A stretch of 64,000 bases of DNA from Candidatus Parcubacteria bacterium (GTDB lineage Bacteria; Patescibacteriota; Patescibacteriia; Buchananbacterales; SURF-54). The position numbers and the translations under genes were made by a program. The notes beneath the pieces are model-generated. The model did not search any database. It worked only from the letters and a program-made list of their open reading frames with translations, and was not told the origin of the DNA. Positions 63,017-64,000 of the stretch are shown here, one piece after another. Each line of letters opens with the position of its first letter. Within the stretch, counting starts at the first letter, position 1. The stretch is taken from positions 12,679-76,678 of the forward strand of contig QZIX01000013.1 of the NCBI GenBank assembly GCA_003599635.1, read 5' to 3'.

Positions 63017-63268
63017 TTAATTTTTCTTTTTCAGAGCTTCGTTTAAAATTTGTAAAGCTTTATCCAGCTTTTCTTGAAAATCCTTTAACGGCGAATTTTG
63101 TAATTTACCCTTTAAGGTTTCCAGTTCGCCAGGATCAGTTATTTTTTCAACCGTTTTTCCCAGGGTGTCGAGGAAATGTTCAGCCGTCTTATCATCGCCA
63201 ATGGTTTGTAAAATTTTGTCGTAATTTTCTGCTCCTATACCGTATTGTATACCTTTCTTTGTTTCCAT
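63017..63268 (-). CDS. small helical hypothetical protein
   Basis: 83 aa. Coding-like, charged and helical. No motif. Confidence 0.5.
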   Translation of the reverse strand: METKKGIQYGIGAENYDKILQTIGDDKTAEHFLDTLGKTVEKITDPGELETLKGKLQNSPLKDFQEKLDKALQILNEALKKKN

Positions 63269-63394
63269 ATTGATTAGAATTATTTATTGTTTATTATAAG
63301 TGTAATATTTAATAAAAGCAATGGTAAGTTATCCGCTACGGTAAGTTGATATTGATTGAAATGGCAGCCCTTATTATGTTAGAATATAATAGTT

Positions 63395-64000
63395 ATGGGG
63401 ATATTCAAGAAAAACCGGCGGTATAAAAGAAACGACGATTACATAATAGGAATGGGAATTTCAAGCGAAACTAAAAAAGCTATCGCAGCTGTAGCTTTTT
63501 TTGCTTTGGCGGGAATTTCCTTTCTGAGTTATTTTGAATTGGCGGGGTCACTCGGTATATTTTTGGACAAATACCTGTCTCTGGCTTTCGGCTCTGTCAG
63601 ATGGTATATTCCGGTAATTTTTGCCGTTTTGGGATTTTTTCTGATGCAAAAAGACGGTCAAAGCACGGCTGGCAGCATTTTAGGATTGCTGCTTTTGGTT
63701 TTAAGTTTTAACGGAACGGTGGAATTAGTCGGCCATTCTTATGATATGATAGAATCCGCCCGGCTCGGCATTGGCGGAGGTTACGTCGGGCTGGCGTTTG
63801 CCTATCCAATAATCAAATTAACCGGTTTTTGGGCGGGGCTGTTGATTTTGTTGGCCTTAGACATTATTTCAATATTAATAATTTTTAACGCCACCCTGCA
63901 TGATTTGTCGCGGCCGATTACCGTTGCCAGGAGCTGGCAGGAAAGATTTTCCGAATATATTTTAAGGATCAGGGTCAGGCGGGCCCAGAAAATAAAGGAA
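63395..64000 (+). CDS. ftsK: DNA translocase FtsK/SpoIIIE, N-terminal membrane part (3' end outside window)
   Basis: Frame is open from ATG 63395 to the window end. Four TM helices with GIGGGYVG are typical of the FtsK N-terminus. TATAAT at 63385-63390. Confidence 0.6.
   Translation, partial: MGIFKKNRRYKRNDDYIIGMGISSETKKAIAAVAFFALAGISFLSYFELAGSLGIFLDKYLSLAFGSVRWYIPVIFAVLGFFLMQKDGQSTAGSILGLLLLVLSFNGTVELVGHSYDMIESARLGIGGGYVGLAFAYPIIKLTGFWAGLLILLALDIISILIIFNATLHDLSRPITVARSWQERFSEYILRIRVRRAQKIKE

Overview
This 64 kb window looks like a chromosomal segment of a low-GC, small-genome bacterium read with the standard code. Long intact ORFs for rpoB, rpoC and ileS argue against UGA recoding. The gene content points to a Patescibacteria/CPR-like organism, but that is inference only. 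The supporting signs are an ECF sigma paired with a DUF5667-like membrane partner, PadR-PspC, tsaD-tsaE, pilB, many small secreted or membrane orphans, and tRNAs without encoded CCA.

Housekeeping genes I recognise: rnhB, yraN, trxA, trxB, rpsD, tsaD, tsaE, argS, ileS, ruvA, murE, rpoB, rpoC, an ftsK 5' part, and three minus-strand tRNAs (Ala-GGC, Ala-CGC, Arg-CCU). I saw no rRNA, CRISPR array, transposase or integrase.

The most unusual region is 34.6-41.3 kb.
- Two stand-alone 7TM proteins are paralogous to the sensor domain of a neighbouring orphan 7TM-GAF histidine kinase.
- Each is paired with a SAM methyltransferase that carries a hydrophobic helix.
- The first pair is split by a GIY-YIG gene embedded in a cluster of hairpin repeats whose stems vary by compensatory changes.
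- A roughly 3.3 kb AT-rich block has both of its borders inside genes.

Other points of interest:
- tandem zinc-ribbon paralogs
- an AnsA-type asparaginase homolog with its catalytic motifs replaced
- a beta-barrel-like secreted protein overlapping a flavin-reductase-like gene
- a divergent orphan pair, one member carrying a beta-carbonic-anhydrase-like CSDGR motif
- a conserved 21-nt palindrome upstream of two promoters
- two homopolymer frameshifts
- several candidate leaderless genes

All family assignments come from motif recognition by eye. No searches or computations were run.
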